A program made the position numbers and the translations under genes. Below are positions 1 to 9,684 of a stretch of 64,000 nt of DNA, in pieces. Within the stretch, counting starts at the first letter, position 1; every line of letters starts with the position of its first letter. The DNA is taken from the NCBI GenBank assembly GCA_977020255.1, contig CDROCS010000253.1, positions 4,588,001 to 4,652,000 of the forward strand, in the 5' to 3' direction. This stretch comes from Obrimoposthia wandeli. Taxonomy: Eukaryota. The notes under the pieces were generated by a model. The model was not told where the DNA came from, searched no databases, and was given only the letters and a program-made list of their open reading frames with translations.

Positions 1-144
1 AACTCGTTAGATGAAATACATATTAGTGAAGAGAAGAGTGACGGCACTATAGGTAGCCGTCCATTAACTTTTACTGAAAAAGCAGAAAAGTTGGCCTTAA
101 GTAAAAAACACGAAAACCTTTACTGTAATAAAGACGACAACTAA
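1..144 (+). CDS. 3' end of a gene entering from the left (partial, unknown product)
   Basis: Frame 1 is open from base 1 (NSLDEIHISEEK...CNKDDN) to TAA at 142-144 and converges on clpB across a hairpin. Confidence 0.55.
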   Translation, partial: NSLDEIHISEEKSDGTIGSRPLTFTEKAEKLALSKKHENLYCNKDDN

Positions 145-148
145 ATTA

Positions 149-183
149 ACTTAGCCCTACAGGCAACACTAGTAGGGCTAAGT
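149..183. terminator. Hairpin between convergent genes (probable terminator)
   Basis: Perfect 12-bp inverted repeat ACTTAGCCCTAC (149-160) / GTAGGGCTAAGT (172-183) with an 11-nt loop. Confidence 0.55.
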
Positions 184-223
184 AACATTACGACTTACTT
201 TCTTCTCCAAATTATCCACAAGA

Positions 224-2800
224 TTATTTGGAAGAAAAGACTAATTCCCCCTCAACAACTCCCACTGCAATTGTACTACCCTTAGTAAATTCATTACCTA
301 GTATCTTTTGGGCTAAGGGATTTTCAACACCTTGCTGAATTGCACGTTTTAAAGGTCTTGCGCCAAATATTGGGTCAAAGCCGGCGGTAGAAATTAGTGA
401 AAGTGCCTCTTCATTGATAACTAAATTTAGCTCTTGCTCGATTAGTCGAGCTGTTAAGGCCTTAATTTGTATTTTGGCTATTTGCTTAATTTGTTCGGCT
501 ACCAGCGGATGGAAAACCACCGATTCATCAACACGATTAATAAACTCAGGCTTAAAGTGCTGGCCTAATATATTCATTACTTGCGCTTTCATCTGTTGAT
601 ACTCACTATCGCCCGCAAACTCTTGAATAATATCAGAGCCAATATTTGAGGTCATGATAATAACGGTGTTTTTGAAGTCAACTGTTCGGCCTTGCCCATC
701 AGTTAATCTGCCATCATCAAGCACTTGCAGCAATATATTAAATACATCAGGGTGAGCCTTTTCTATTTCATCGAGCAATATTACTGAGTAAGGCTTTCTG
801 CGTACCGCTTCGGTTAAATAACCGCCCTCTTCGTAACCAACATAACCAGGAGGTGCGCCCACTAAACGTGCGACTGAATGTTTCTCCATAAACTCTGACA
901 TATCAACACGAATTAATGCATCTTGTGAGTCAAATAAAAACTCTGCAAGTGCTTTAGTTAATTCAGTTTTACCCACGCCCGTTGGCCCAAGAAATAAAAA
1001 TGAACCTATTGGCTGATTTGGATCACTCAAACCTGCACGGGAGCGTCTAATAGCGTTCGATACTGAGGTTACGGCTTCATGTTGACCAATAACATTTTGG
1101 TGTAAGTAATCTTCCATATGCAGTAGCTTATCACGCTCTTGCTCCAACATTTTAGCAACAGGGATCCCGGTAGCACGACTAAGCACATCAGCGATTTCCA
1201 CCTCGGTAACTTTATTCGCTAATAAGGTCATTTCTTGCATTTCAGCTTGGCTAGCTAGGTCTAATTGCTTTTCTAGCTCTGGTATTCTTCCGTACTGTAA
1301 CTCAGACATGCGATTTAAATCGCCTGTTCTTCTTGCCGCTTCAAGCTCAATTCGCGCTTGTTCAAGCTCTTCTTTTATCGTATGGGCACCATAAAGCGCT
1401 GCTTTTTCAGTGGTCCAAACTTCATCTAACTCATCATATTTTTTCTGCTTTTCAGAAATCTGTTTGGAAATAATTGCCAAGCGTTTGAGGGTAGCCTCAT
1501 CCTCATCTTTTTCTAGCGCTCTTTGCTCAAGCTTTAATTGAATTAATCGTCGTTCAAGTCTATCTAAATCTTCTGGCTTAGAGTCCATTTGCAAACGAAT
1601 GCTTGAGGCCGCCTCATCAATAAGGTCAATGGCTTTATCCGGTAATTGTCTGTCACTAATATAGCGATGGGATAATGTTGCTGCTGCCACAATAGCTGGA
1701 TCGGTGATATTTACCGAATGATGCAATTCATAGCGCTCTTTTAAACCACGCAAAATTGCAATGGTATCTTCCACACTTGGCTCTTCTACCAATACTTTTT
1801 GAAAACGTCGCTCAAGTGCCGCATCTTTTTCAATGTATTTTCGATATTCATCCAGTGTAGTTGCACCCACGCAATGTAAATCACCGCGGGCTAATGCTGG
1901 TTTTAACATATTCCCCGCATCCATGGCACCATCTGACTTACCCGCACCGACCATAGTATGCAATTCATCAATAAAGAGAATGACTTGCCCTTCTTCTTTT
2001 GACAATTCATTTAACACCGCTTTTAAACGCTCTTCAAACTCACCTCGATATTTTGCTCCCGCAACAAGACTACCCATGTCCAGTGACAATACTCGCTTAT
2101 TTTTCAAGCCTTCTGGCACTTCATTATTGACGATGCGTTGAGCTAAGCCTTCAACAATCGCCGTTTTTCCCACGCCCGGTTGTCCTATTAGCACAGGATT
2201 GTTTTTAGTACGTCGTTGTAATACTTGCAAAGTGCGACGGATTTCATCATCTCGACCGATAACAGGATCGAGTTTGCCCTGCTTAGCAAGTTCGGTTAAA
2301 TCAACAGTATATTTATTTAAGGCTTGGCGAACATCTTCTGCATTTTGATCTTCAACATTTTGGCCACCTCGAATATGATCGATTGCCGATTTTATCCGTT
2401 GTTGGTTTGCGCCTAATTCAACAAGAATTTTTCCTAAAAGGCCTTTGTCATCGATAGCGGCGAGTAAGAACATTTCTGAAGAAATGAATTTATCTGACAT
2501 TTTTTGTGCATGTTTATCACAAAGATTTAAAATTCGTCCTGAGGCCGCTGATAATTGCACATCGCCAGCGCTGTCTTGCACTTGTGCTAATGATGTTAAC
2601 GCTTGTTCGAGTTTCTGGCGCAAAGAACGCACATCAATACCAGCACTCTTCAATAACGCAATAATAGAATTGCCGTTTTGATTAAGTAACGCCATCATTA
2701 AATGAACGGGTTCGATAAACTGATGATCCTTGCCAAGGGCAAGTGATTGCGCATCGGCAATGGATTCTTGAAATGATTGGGTAAAGCGATCTAATCGCAT
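224..2800 (-). CDS. clpB: ATP-dependent disaggregase ClpB
   Basis: 858 aa; Clp N-domain, two AAA+ modules (Walker A GQPGVGKT and GPTGVGKT), coiled-coil middle domain, GYVGYEEGG pore loop. Confidence 0.98.
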   Translation of the reverse strand: MRLDRFTQSFQESIADAQSLALGKDHQFIEPVHLMMALLNQNGNSIIALLKSAGIDVRSLRQKLEQALTSLAQVQDSAGDVQLSAASGRILNLCDKHAQKMSDKFISSEMFLLAAIDDKGLLGKILVELGANQQRIKSAIDHIRGGQNVEDQNAEDVRQALNKYTVDLTELAKQGKLDPVIGRDDEIRRTLQVLQRRTKNNPVLIGQPGVGKTAIVEGLAQRIVNNEVPEGLKNKRVLSLDMGSLVAGAKYRGEFEERLKAVLNELSKEEGQVILFIDELHTMVGAGKSDGAMDAGNMLKPALARGDLHCVGATTLDEYRKYIEKDAALERRFQKVLVEEPSVEDTIAILRGLKERYELHHSVNITDPAIVAAATLSHRYISDRQLPDKAIDLIDEAASSIRLQMDSKPEDLDRLERRLIQLKLEQRALEKDEDEATLKRLAIISKQISEKQKKYDELDEVWTTEKAALYGAHTIKEELEQARIELEAARRTGDLNRMSELQYGRIPELEKQLDLASQAEMQEMTLLANKVTEVEIADVLSRATGIPVAKMLEQERDKLLHMEDYLHQNVIGQHEAVTSVSNAIRRSRAGLSDPNQPIGSFLFLGPTGVGKTELTKALAEFLFDSQDALIRVDMSEFMEKHSVARLVGAPPGYVGYEEGGYLTEAVRRKPYSVILLDEIEKAHPDVFNILLQVLDDGRLTDGQGRTVDFKNTVIIMTSNIGSDIIQEFAGDSEYQQMKAQVMNILGQHFKPEFINRVDESVVFHPLVAEQIKQIAKIQIKALTARLIEQELNLVINEEALSLISTAGFDPIFGARPLKRAIQQGVENPLAQKILGNEFTKGSTIAVGVVEGELVFSSK

Positions 2801-2839
2801 GTTAACTCTCCTAACTTATTCTCTTAAACATAGTTAAGT

Positions 2840-2865
2840 TATAGGGCTAAAAGATTATTTTTCAA
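2840..2865 (-). promoter_or_regulatory. Sigma-32 (RpoH) heat-shock promoter of clpB
   Basis: Minus strand TTGAAA-N13-CCCTATA about 40 bp upstream of the clpB ATG, close to the TTGAAA-N13/14-CCCCAT consensus. Confidence 0.75.
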
Positions 2866-2925
2866 TACAATTTCAGATATATGATTGATATAAATCAACA
2901 AGGCATTAGTTAATGAACTAAACCA

Positions 2926-3798
2926 CTAACGTCGACAGATAACACTCGCCATACGGCCGGTTATTTGCTCTTTTCGATACGAATAATATTTGTCCGTTTC
3001 TTGGTAGGTACATTCTGCGAGACTAGCAATGACAGTGATCCCTAAAGACGTTAGTTGTAGTCGTGCTATTTGGTGTAAATCAGCTAAGTATTTTCCATTT
3101 TCTTGCTTTACAAAGGCATTATTAAAAATCATATCTAGTTGCGTAAAGACTTGTTTAACTTCACCACCCACTTCAAAAGCATCTTTACTAATACACGGAC
3201 CAAGCCAAGCGACAATATCAGCAGGTTTACTGTCCATTTTTGCTATTGTTTTAGCTATAATATTAGCAGCTAGCGGACGCCAGCCACCATGTATTGCGGC
3301 AATCTCACTACCAGTCTTATGACTTAATAATATTGGTAGGCAATCTGCGGTCATTATAGCCAACGCGATATTTTTCTGACGAGTGATACTGGCATCGGCA
3401 ATCATAGCTTGTTCATCAACACGAGTGACTGTTGCTACTTCATTACCGTGAACTTGCTCTAACCACTGGATTTTCACTTCATCAGTTAGTTTTGTGTCGG
3501 ATACTACTGACTTATTGAAGAGCTTTTGGCTAATAAATTGTTTCAACACATTACGATTATGAGTAACTCGCTCTGCGCTATCACCAACATGAAAGCCCAA
3601 ATTAAAGCCACTAAAAGTTGATGGAACTTGTTCGCTTAGCGATGGTTTTAATGATAACTGAGGAGGAAGACGTGTTGTTTGTAGCGCGAGGATTTTATCA
3701 TCGAACGAATTCGATGGGTTTAATGGCCATTTTACCAACTCAACAGTAGTGTTGGTAAAATTAGCCAGTTTACTATTACAAGTATTCGTCTTGGGCAT
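2926..3798 (-). CDS. pgeF: Purine nucleoside phosphorylase / peptidoglycan editing factor PgeF (YfiH)
   Basis: NLGxHVGD, QVHG, TADCLP, AIHGGW and YSYR motifs; conserved position between rluD and clpB. Start uncertain (ATG at 3798 overlaps the rluD end). Confidence 0.93.
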   Translation of the reverse strand: MPKTNTCNSKLANFTNTTVELVKWPLNPSNSFDDKILALQTTRLPPQLSLKPSLSEQVPSTFSGFNLGFHVGDSAERVTHNRNVLKQFISQKLFNKSVVSDTKLTDEVKIQWLEQVHGNEVATVTRVDEQAMIADASITRQKNIALAIMTADCLPILLSHKTGSEIAAIHGGWRPLAANIIAKTIAKMDSKPADIVAWLGPCISKDAFEVGGEVKQVFTQLDMIFNNAFVKQENGKYLADLHQIARLQLTSLGITVIASLAECTYQETDKYYSYRKEQITGRMASVICRR

Positions 3799-4753
3799 TA
3801 AGCTTATTATCTTCTTGAAGAAGCTCAATTAGCTCAACAAAGTCTTCTGGTAGATCAGCATGCCAAGTCATTTCTTCTCCTGTTATAGGATGGAACAAAG
3901 ATAACATAGCCGCGTGCAATGCTTGGCGCTTGAAGCTACGTAACTTCATTAATAACGCTTCTGTTGAGTTTTTTGGTGGACGAGGACGACCGCCATAAAC
4001 AGGGTCACCTACTAATGGATGAGTAATATGAGACATATGAACACGAATCTGGTGTGTTCTGCCTGTTTCTAAACGTAAGCGTAAACGCGTATGTAAACGA
4101 TATTTTTCCATTACTCGGTAATGTGTTACCGAAGGTCGGCCAATATAAGAGACTGCCATTTGTGTACGTTTAGTAGAATGGCGCCCAATTGGCTCATCAA
4201 CTAAACCACCAGCTGTCATCACACCGTTTGCCACCGCTTCATATTCGCGCGTGATCTCACGTAACTGTAGAGCATCAACCAAGTTAGTTTGTGCTGGAAT
4301 GGTCTTTGCCACAACCATTAAACCGGTTGTATCTTTATCAAGACGATGAACAATCCCCGCTCTAGGCACTACATTAAGAGCAGGATAATGATGCAACAAC
4401 GCATTAAGCAATGTGCCATCCGGATTACCAGCACCAGGGTGAACAACTAAACCGGCAGGTTTATTTATCACTAAAATATAGTCATCTTCATAGACAATAT
4501 TTAACGGAATATTTTGTGCTTCAAAACGTATTTCAGCTTCAACTTTTGCATTGATATCAATGGCTTCACCGCCATACATTTTCTCACGAGGAATGATTAA
4601 AACTTCTCCATTTACTTTCACTTGCCCGGCTAAAATCCACTCTTTTATCCGTGATCGTGAATAATCAGGAAACATTATCGCTAATGCTTGGTCAAAGCGT
4701 TTACCTAAACATGACTCAGGCACTATATCTTTATGTTGGATGATTTCTGACAT
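3776..4753 (-). CDS. rluD: 23S rRNA pseudouridine synthase RluD
   Basis: S4 domain, HRLDKDTTG catalytic motif, GRTHQIRVH; likely start ATG 4753 (MSEII). Confidence 0.97.
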   Translation of the reverse strand: MSEIIQHKDIVPESCLGKRFDQALAIMFPDYSRSRIKEWILAGQVKVNGEVLIIPREKMYGGEAIDINAKVEAEIRFEAQNIPLNIVYEDDYILVINKPAGLVVHPGAGNPDGTLLNALLHHYPALNVVPRAGIVHRLDKDTTGLMVVAKTIPAQTNLVDALQLREITREYEAVANGVMTAGGLVDEPIGRHSTKRTQMAVSYIGRPSVTHYRVMEKYRLHTRLRLRLETGRTHQIRVHMSHITHPLVGDPVYGGRPRPPKNSTEALLMKLRSFKRQALHAAMLSLFHPITGEEMTWHADLPEDFVELIELLQEDNKLNAQDEYL

Positions 4754-4927
4754 TAAATTCTCTTTTAACTGGTTTAAACCTAGCGAATTAATCAAATTAC
4801 CATTTGCACTGTGCAAGGTAAGATTGCTAGGGTAGAATGCATATTCTTAAATATAGAAACATTTTACCCGTTTACGTGGTGGTTTGATATTTATTTTAAT
4901 TAAAACAAAGTAGCGATAATAAATTTC

Positions 4928-5686
4928 ATGGCAAAATTGACAGTAAAAATTATTTTAACCGTTTGCGCGTTGGCCTTAACAGGCTGCTCATCTTCTGAAA
5001 ATGATATAGACAAAGTACCTGATAAATCAGCACAGTCTTTATTTGTAGATGCCCGTTCAGCCCTTGATAATGGCTTATACCAAAAAGCTATTCAAATCCT
5101 TGGCGCTATTGATTCACGCTTTCCTTTTGGTCCTATTTCGCACCAAGTACAGCTTGATTTAATTTATGCTTATTATAAAAGCGGTGATGCTGCACAAGGC
5201 ATTGCTTTAGCCGATAGGTTTTTACGCTTAAATCCAAATAACTCCAATATTGATTACGTTTATTACATGCGTGCACTTATCAATATTTCTACTGAAGAAA
5301 ACTTATTTCAAGATCTGGCGGGAATAGATCGTGCCGATCGCGATCCAGCGGCTTCACGCAGTGCTTTTCGGGATTTTAAGAACATTATTACTGATTTCCC
5401 AGAAAGTAAGTATGCTGCAGATTCGCGTAAACGCATGATTTCAATAAAATCTCGCCTTGCGCAATATGAAATTTCCGTTGCTAAATATTATGTAAAACGT
5501 GAAGCTTATGCATCAGCAGCTAACCGTGCTCGTTACGTGGTTGAATATTTTTCACCAAGCCCGGAAATAGAGCAAGCATTAGAAATCATGGTTGAATGTT
5601 ATGGCAAGCTTGGGTTAACGGACTTAAAGAAGAATGCAATGCAAGTACTTGCCGCTAACTACCCAAGTAACTCATTAGTTAACTAA
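4928..5686 (+). CDS. bamD: Outer membrane protein assembly lipoprotein BamD
   Basis: Lipobox LTGC, TPR repeats, divergent from rluD as is typical. Confidence 0.96.
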   Translation: MAKLTVKIILTVCALALTGCSSSENDIDKVPDKSAQSLFVDARSALDNGLYQKAIQILGAIDSRFPFGPISHQVQLDLIYAYYKSGDAAQGIALADRFLRLNPNNSNIDYVYYMRALINISTEENLFQDLAGIDRADRDPAASRSAFRDFKNIITDFPESKYAADSRKRMISIKSRLAQYEISVAKYYVKREAYASAANRARYVVEYFSPSPEIEQALEIMVECYGKLGLTDLKKNAMQVLAANYPSNSLVN

Positions 5687-5730
5687 TTAATGTGTATCTA
5701 AAATCTGATTTCAGAACACGGATTTTAATT

Positions 5731-5767
5731 AAAAAAAGCTAAATTATTTAGGTAATTTAGCTTTTTT
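5731..5767. terminator. Bidirectional intrinsic terminator (bamD/glnB)
   Basis: A-tract, AAAGCTAAATTA/TAATTTAGCTTT stem, T-tract, between convergent genes. Confidence 0.8.
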
Positions 5768-5785
5768 GTAATTCTAAATATTTTA

Positions 5786-6136
<351 letters not shown>

Positions 6137-6153
6137 TCAGTTAAAGTTGTATT

Positions 6154-6417
6154 TATACCATTCCATTTAAAGCAGCCACCACTTAGAACAACATGGGCGA
6201 TATGAGAACAAGCAAAACTGGTATAGATAGTTATTCTATATTAAACAAGTTTTGTGCTGTTATCATGACGGTCATTTGTTCCCGAAGGGCGATTTTTAAA
6301 GATTTATATGCTGCGTTATTGATTTTGACAAGAGAATAACCATTATCTGTAATCACGCCCTTTCCTCTAAACCTTTAGATTATCGCTAAGCAATCACTTT
6401 CTTAAAGGGATTGGTAT
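6154..6417. mobile_element. Composite non-autonomous intergenic element (ATACCAATTCCATTAA-type termini)
   Basis: Left end TATACCATTCCATTTAA (6154), internal TGGTATA (6219-6225), right end TTAAAGGGATTGGTAT (6402-6417), whose reverse complement matches the 50691-50706 terminus at 14/16. Confidence 0.65.
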
Positions 6418-6539
6418 TATTAATATAATAAAGTTATTACAGCGTGTTTATTGCAATTTAGCAATATCCAATTGGCTTTTAATTTTGTTAAACTAGTGAA
6501 AACCACAAACGGTACACTCAAGCCTTGCTAGGAAATCCT

Positions 6540-7385
6540 ATGGATCAGCAAATTATCATTGCAGAAATGAAAGTTTTACCTGAAATTGATATTCAATTTG
6601 AAATAAACCGCCGTGTTACCTTTATCAAAAAACAATTAATGCAATCAGGACTAAGTAATTTAGTACTAGGAATTAGCGGTGGTGTTGACTCCTCAACATG
6701 TGGGCGTCTAGCTCAACTTGCTATTAACCAGCTTAATGAACAACAAGATAAGAATGAAGATGGCACAAACTATCAATTTATTGCAGTACGTTTACCCTAT
6801 GGCATTCAAGCCGATGAAGATGACGCTCAACAAGCGTTAGATTTTATTCAACCAAGTCATTGTTTAACAACTAATGTACTTGCAGGTGCTGATGGCATTC
6901 ACCATGAAGTATTACAAGCCCTGAGCAAAGCTCAAATTTTAACGGCCAGCGATGCCCAAATTGATTTTTCTAAAGGTAATGTAAAAGCCAGAGCGCGTAT
7001 GGTAAGCCAATATCATATTGCAGGTATCATTGGTGCTTTAGTGATAGGTACAGACCATAGCGCAGAAAATATCACCGGATTTTTCACTAAATGGGGTGAT
7101 GGCGCTTGCGATTTAGCACCACTTTTTGGTTTATCAAAAAGACAAGTAAGAGCCCTAGCCAAGGAGCTTGGAGCACCAAGCATCTTAGTAGATAAAGCAC
7201 CTACCGCTGATTTAGAAGAACTAGAGCCAGGTAAAACGGATGAAGATGCTTTAGGTATTAGCTACGATCAATTAGATGATTTTTTAGAAGGTAAACGAGT
7301 CACTACCGCCGTTAGCGAACACATCATCAATATTTATAAAAAAACTCAACATAAAAGACAAGCGATACCAACAGTTTACGATTAA
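6540..7385 (+). CDS. nadE: Ammonia-dependent NAD+ synthetase
   Basis: SGGVDSS PP-loop, [23 protein letters not shown]; no glutaminase domain; AGGA RBS before ATG 6540. Confidence 0.96.
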   Translation: MDQQIIIAEMKVLPEIDIQFEINRRVTFIKKQLMQSGLSNLVLGISGGVDSSTCGRLAQLAINQLNEQQDKNEDGTNYQFIAVRLPYGIQADEDDAQQALDFIQPSHCLTTNVLAGADGIHHEVLQALSKAQILTASDAQIDFSKGNVKARARMVSQYHIAGIIGALVIGTDHSAENITGFFTKWGDGACDLAPLFGLSKRQVRALAKELGAPSILVDKAPTADLEELEPGKTDEDALGISYDQLDDFLEGKRVTTAVSEHIINIYKKTQHKRQAIPTVYD

Positions 7386-7477
7386 ACCTAAATTAAAAGG
7401 CTCGTAAAGCTTCGCAAAATCCATTTTTATTATCTATAACTGAATAACACAGGGAAGTTAATAAAAATGGATTTTTT

Positions 7478-8104
7478 ATGCTTAATACTCCGCCGAATGG
7501 TTATAGAAAAATACCGACAAGAACTTCTGTTACCTACCATCAATTAAAGTTATCACTAGGAATGACATTAATTGAACTGATGGTAAGTATAGGAATTACC
7601 TCTCTACTCAGCACAATTGCTTTACCCAGCTTAAACGATTTTGTTGTGCAATTGCGGGTCGATAATGAAATTTCACATCTTACCCGTTTGTTACTCACTG
7701 CACGAAACCATGCAATAAATAGCGCAGATAACGTTATTGTCTGTCCATTAGAAAACAATGGCGCATGTTCGGGAAATTGGCATGAACAGCTCAGTGTATT
7801 TATTGATAGTAATGGCAACAAAAAATTTGATAGCGCTGACGGTGAACTACTCATCACAACAAAAAGTCCGATAACATCGGGTGATATACTTAAATACGCA
7901 AAAAATAGAACTAAAATAACCTATCAAGCCACTGGTCATTTATTTGGTTTGAGCAATGGCACGCTGAGATATTGCCCGAAAGGCTACCAAGACAAATCAA
8001 GAGCTATCGTGATAGCACGATCAGGTAGGCTTTATGCAACTACAGATAGCAATAATGATGGTATTGATGAGACGCGTAGCAATAAAAAAATCATTTGTGA
8101 CTAG
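7478..8104 (+). CDS. GspH/FimT-family minor pilin (orphan)
   Basis: Type IV prepilin cleavage motif G-MTLIELMV with hydrophobic helix, AR-x-x-AI motif, FimT-like C-terminus. Confidence 0.85.
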   Translation: MLNTPPNGYRKIPTRTSVTYHQLKLSLGMTLIELMVSIGITSLLSTIALPSLNDFVVQLRVDNEISHLTRLLLTARNHAINSADNVIVCPLENNGACSGNWHEQLSVFIDSNGNKKFDSADGELLITTKSPITSGDILKYAKNRTKITYQATGHLFGLSNGTLRYCPKGYQDKSRAIVIARSGRLYATTDSNNDGIDETRSNKKIICD

Positions 8105-8210
8105 GGCCTATTGACCTTTCAGGGGTAAAGTTTATTCAATGGAAAACGTATTTAATCGCGGCTCGAGTTTTGTGGCTATGTAATAAACGAGCAACAATGA
8201 ATGAATAATA
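8101..8210. mobile_element. Remnant of a CTAGGG-terminated miniature element
   Basis: CTAGGGCCTATTGACCTTTC (8101-8120) matches the reverse complement of 37634-37653 at 17/20. The right boundary is approximate. Confidence 0.55.
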
Positions 8211-8280
8211 TTTTGAATTGACTAAAACAGCATAATATTAATATGGGTTTTTTCGTGATTTACGCTTTAAATTAGACATA

Positions 8281-8307
8281 AAAAAACCAGCTAAAAAGCT
8301 GGTTTTT
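8281..8307 (-). terminator. Intrinsic terminator of the RRM gene
   Basis: AAAAAACCAGCT-AAA-AGCTGGTTTTT hairpin just beyond the stop at 8324. Confidence 0.8.
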
Positions 8308-8323
8308 GACTTAAATAATAACT

Positions 8324-8560
8324 TTACTGAGCTATTTTTACTCGGATCTTATTCTTAGCGACTCTTGTTTCATGCAAACTAGATAGTGCCACTTTTGCTT
8401 CAGCCTCATTAGGCATTATAACAAAAGCAAAACCTTTTGATTTAGCGGTTGCTTGGTCTAAAACTAAGCTACATTCTGTGACTGCGCCATGGGCGGAAAA
8501 TAAAATACGAAGTTCTTGCTCGGTTGTTGAGCGAGAAAGGTTACGAACTAAAAGTTTCAT
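8324..8560 (-). CDS. Single-RRM RNA-binding protein
   Basis: 78 aa; RNP2-like LLVRNL and RNP1 KGFAFVIM. Confidence 0.92.
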   Translation of the reverse strand: MKLLVRNLSRSTTEQELRILFSAHGAVTECSLVLDQATAKSKGFAFVIMPNEAEAKVALSSLHETRVAKNKIRVKIAQ

Positions 8561-8601
8561 AATGAACCATTGATTGTTATTGCGATCTAAATTGTCTCAT
8601 A

Positions 8602-8690
8602 TATACCTGTTACCAATCAAGATGCATGTTTCAGAGTGCTTGAACAATTTCAATTCAAGGCGCGGTGATGAAATAATGCTTATTCTAATT
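8602..8690. mobile_element. ERIC-like element, left part (truncated copy)
   Basis: TATACCTGTTACCAATCAAGATGCATGTTTCAGAGTGC is 35/38 identical to 59435-59471. The right boundary is approximate. Confidence 0.75.
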
Positions 8691-9584
8691 TACTACGGTT
8701 AACTGATAACTTCCTTTACCACTGTTTTTTACTTTGTATAATGCTGCATCAGCTTGTTTGACAATATCTTCAGATGAACATCCACTAATAAATGATACCG
8801 CAATACCAATGCTAACCCCTATGGTGAGTCTTTTATTATCAATAACAAAAGGCTCAATAAATTCGGCTAGAATTTTATTTACTAATACTATTAAGGAGTC
8901 TGTAGAAGAAATATTCTCTAATATTACAGAAAACTCATCACCTCCAACCCTAGCAATTATATCGATTTCTCGAAAATTATTTTTTAATTTTTTAGCTACT
9001 TCTATTAATAGAGCATCGCCTGTAGGGTGACCATAGCTATCGTTAACCTGTTTAAATCCATCTAAATCCAACATCAAAAATGCCAATGGGAAGTTTTCTC
9101 TGTGCTGACGTAACAATGAATACTCTAGACTCTTCATCAACGAATATCTATTATCTAAACCCGTTAAGCTATCGGTTAATGCAAGCTGCTCCAATGATTT
9201 TTCAGCTTTTTTTCGTTCCGTAATATCAAGTATTGAGCCGACAATGCCTTCAATACCCTCCTCTTCAGCGTGAAAATAAGCCTTATGAAACATAACATCA
9301 CGAATTGAGCCATCAGCATAATTCACTTTAGCTTCGTAAATTTGAGTACCTTTTCTATCAAATAGTACTTTGTCTGCTTCAAAGTAAATTCTAGCTGAAT
9401 CATCATCAAAAAGTTCGAAGACATTTTTGCCAATTAATTGCTCACATTTTAAGCCAATATATCCCTCAAAGGCTTTATTGCAACCTAAGTATCGACCTTC
9501 TCCATCTTTATAAAAAATAGGGGTTGGTGCAGCATTAATAACTGCTTGCATAAAATCCGTTTCATTATGTACCGGTGATGTCAT
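8685..9584 (-). CDS. PAS-GGDEF diguanylate cyclase
   Basis: PAS/PAC domain, intact GGDEF and RxxD I-site (REID). Confidence 0.93.
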   Translation of the reverse strand: MTSPVHNETDFMQAVINAAPTPIFYKDGEGRYLGCNKAFEGYIGLKCEQLIGKNVFELFDDDSARIYFEADKVLFDRKGTQIYEAKVNYADGSIRDVMFHKAYFHAEEEGIEGIVGSILDITERKKAEKSLEQLALTDSLTGLDNRYSLMKSLEYSLLRQHRENFPLAFLMLDLDGFKQVNDSYGHPTGDALLIEVAKKLKNNFREIDIIARVGGDEFSVILENISSTDSLIVLVNKILAEFIEPFVIDNKRLTIGVSIGIAVSFISGCSSEDIVKQADAALYKVKNSGKGSYQLTVVN

Positions 9585-9684
9585 AAAAATGTCTCATCAT
9601 ATTTGTATTTTCGACTCTATCTTGAATACACAAATATTATTCAGGTAGATTGTCGATCATTATTGGACAAAAAATACAGTTATC

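Noticed and set aside
149-183. REP doublet (contains GTAG)
   Set aside because: The arms have no internal palindrome and no other copy was noticed; it fits a terminator between convergent genes.
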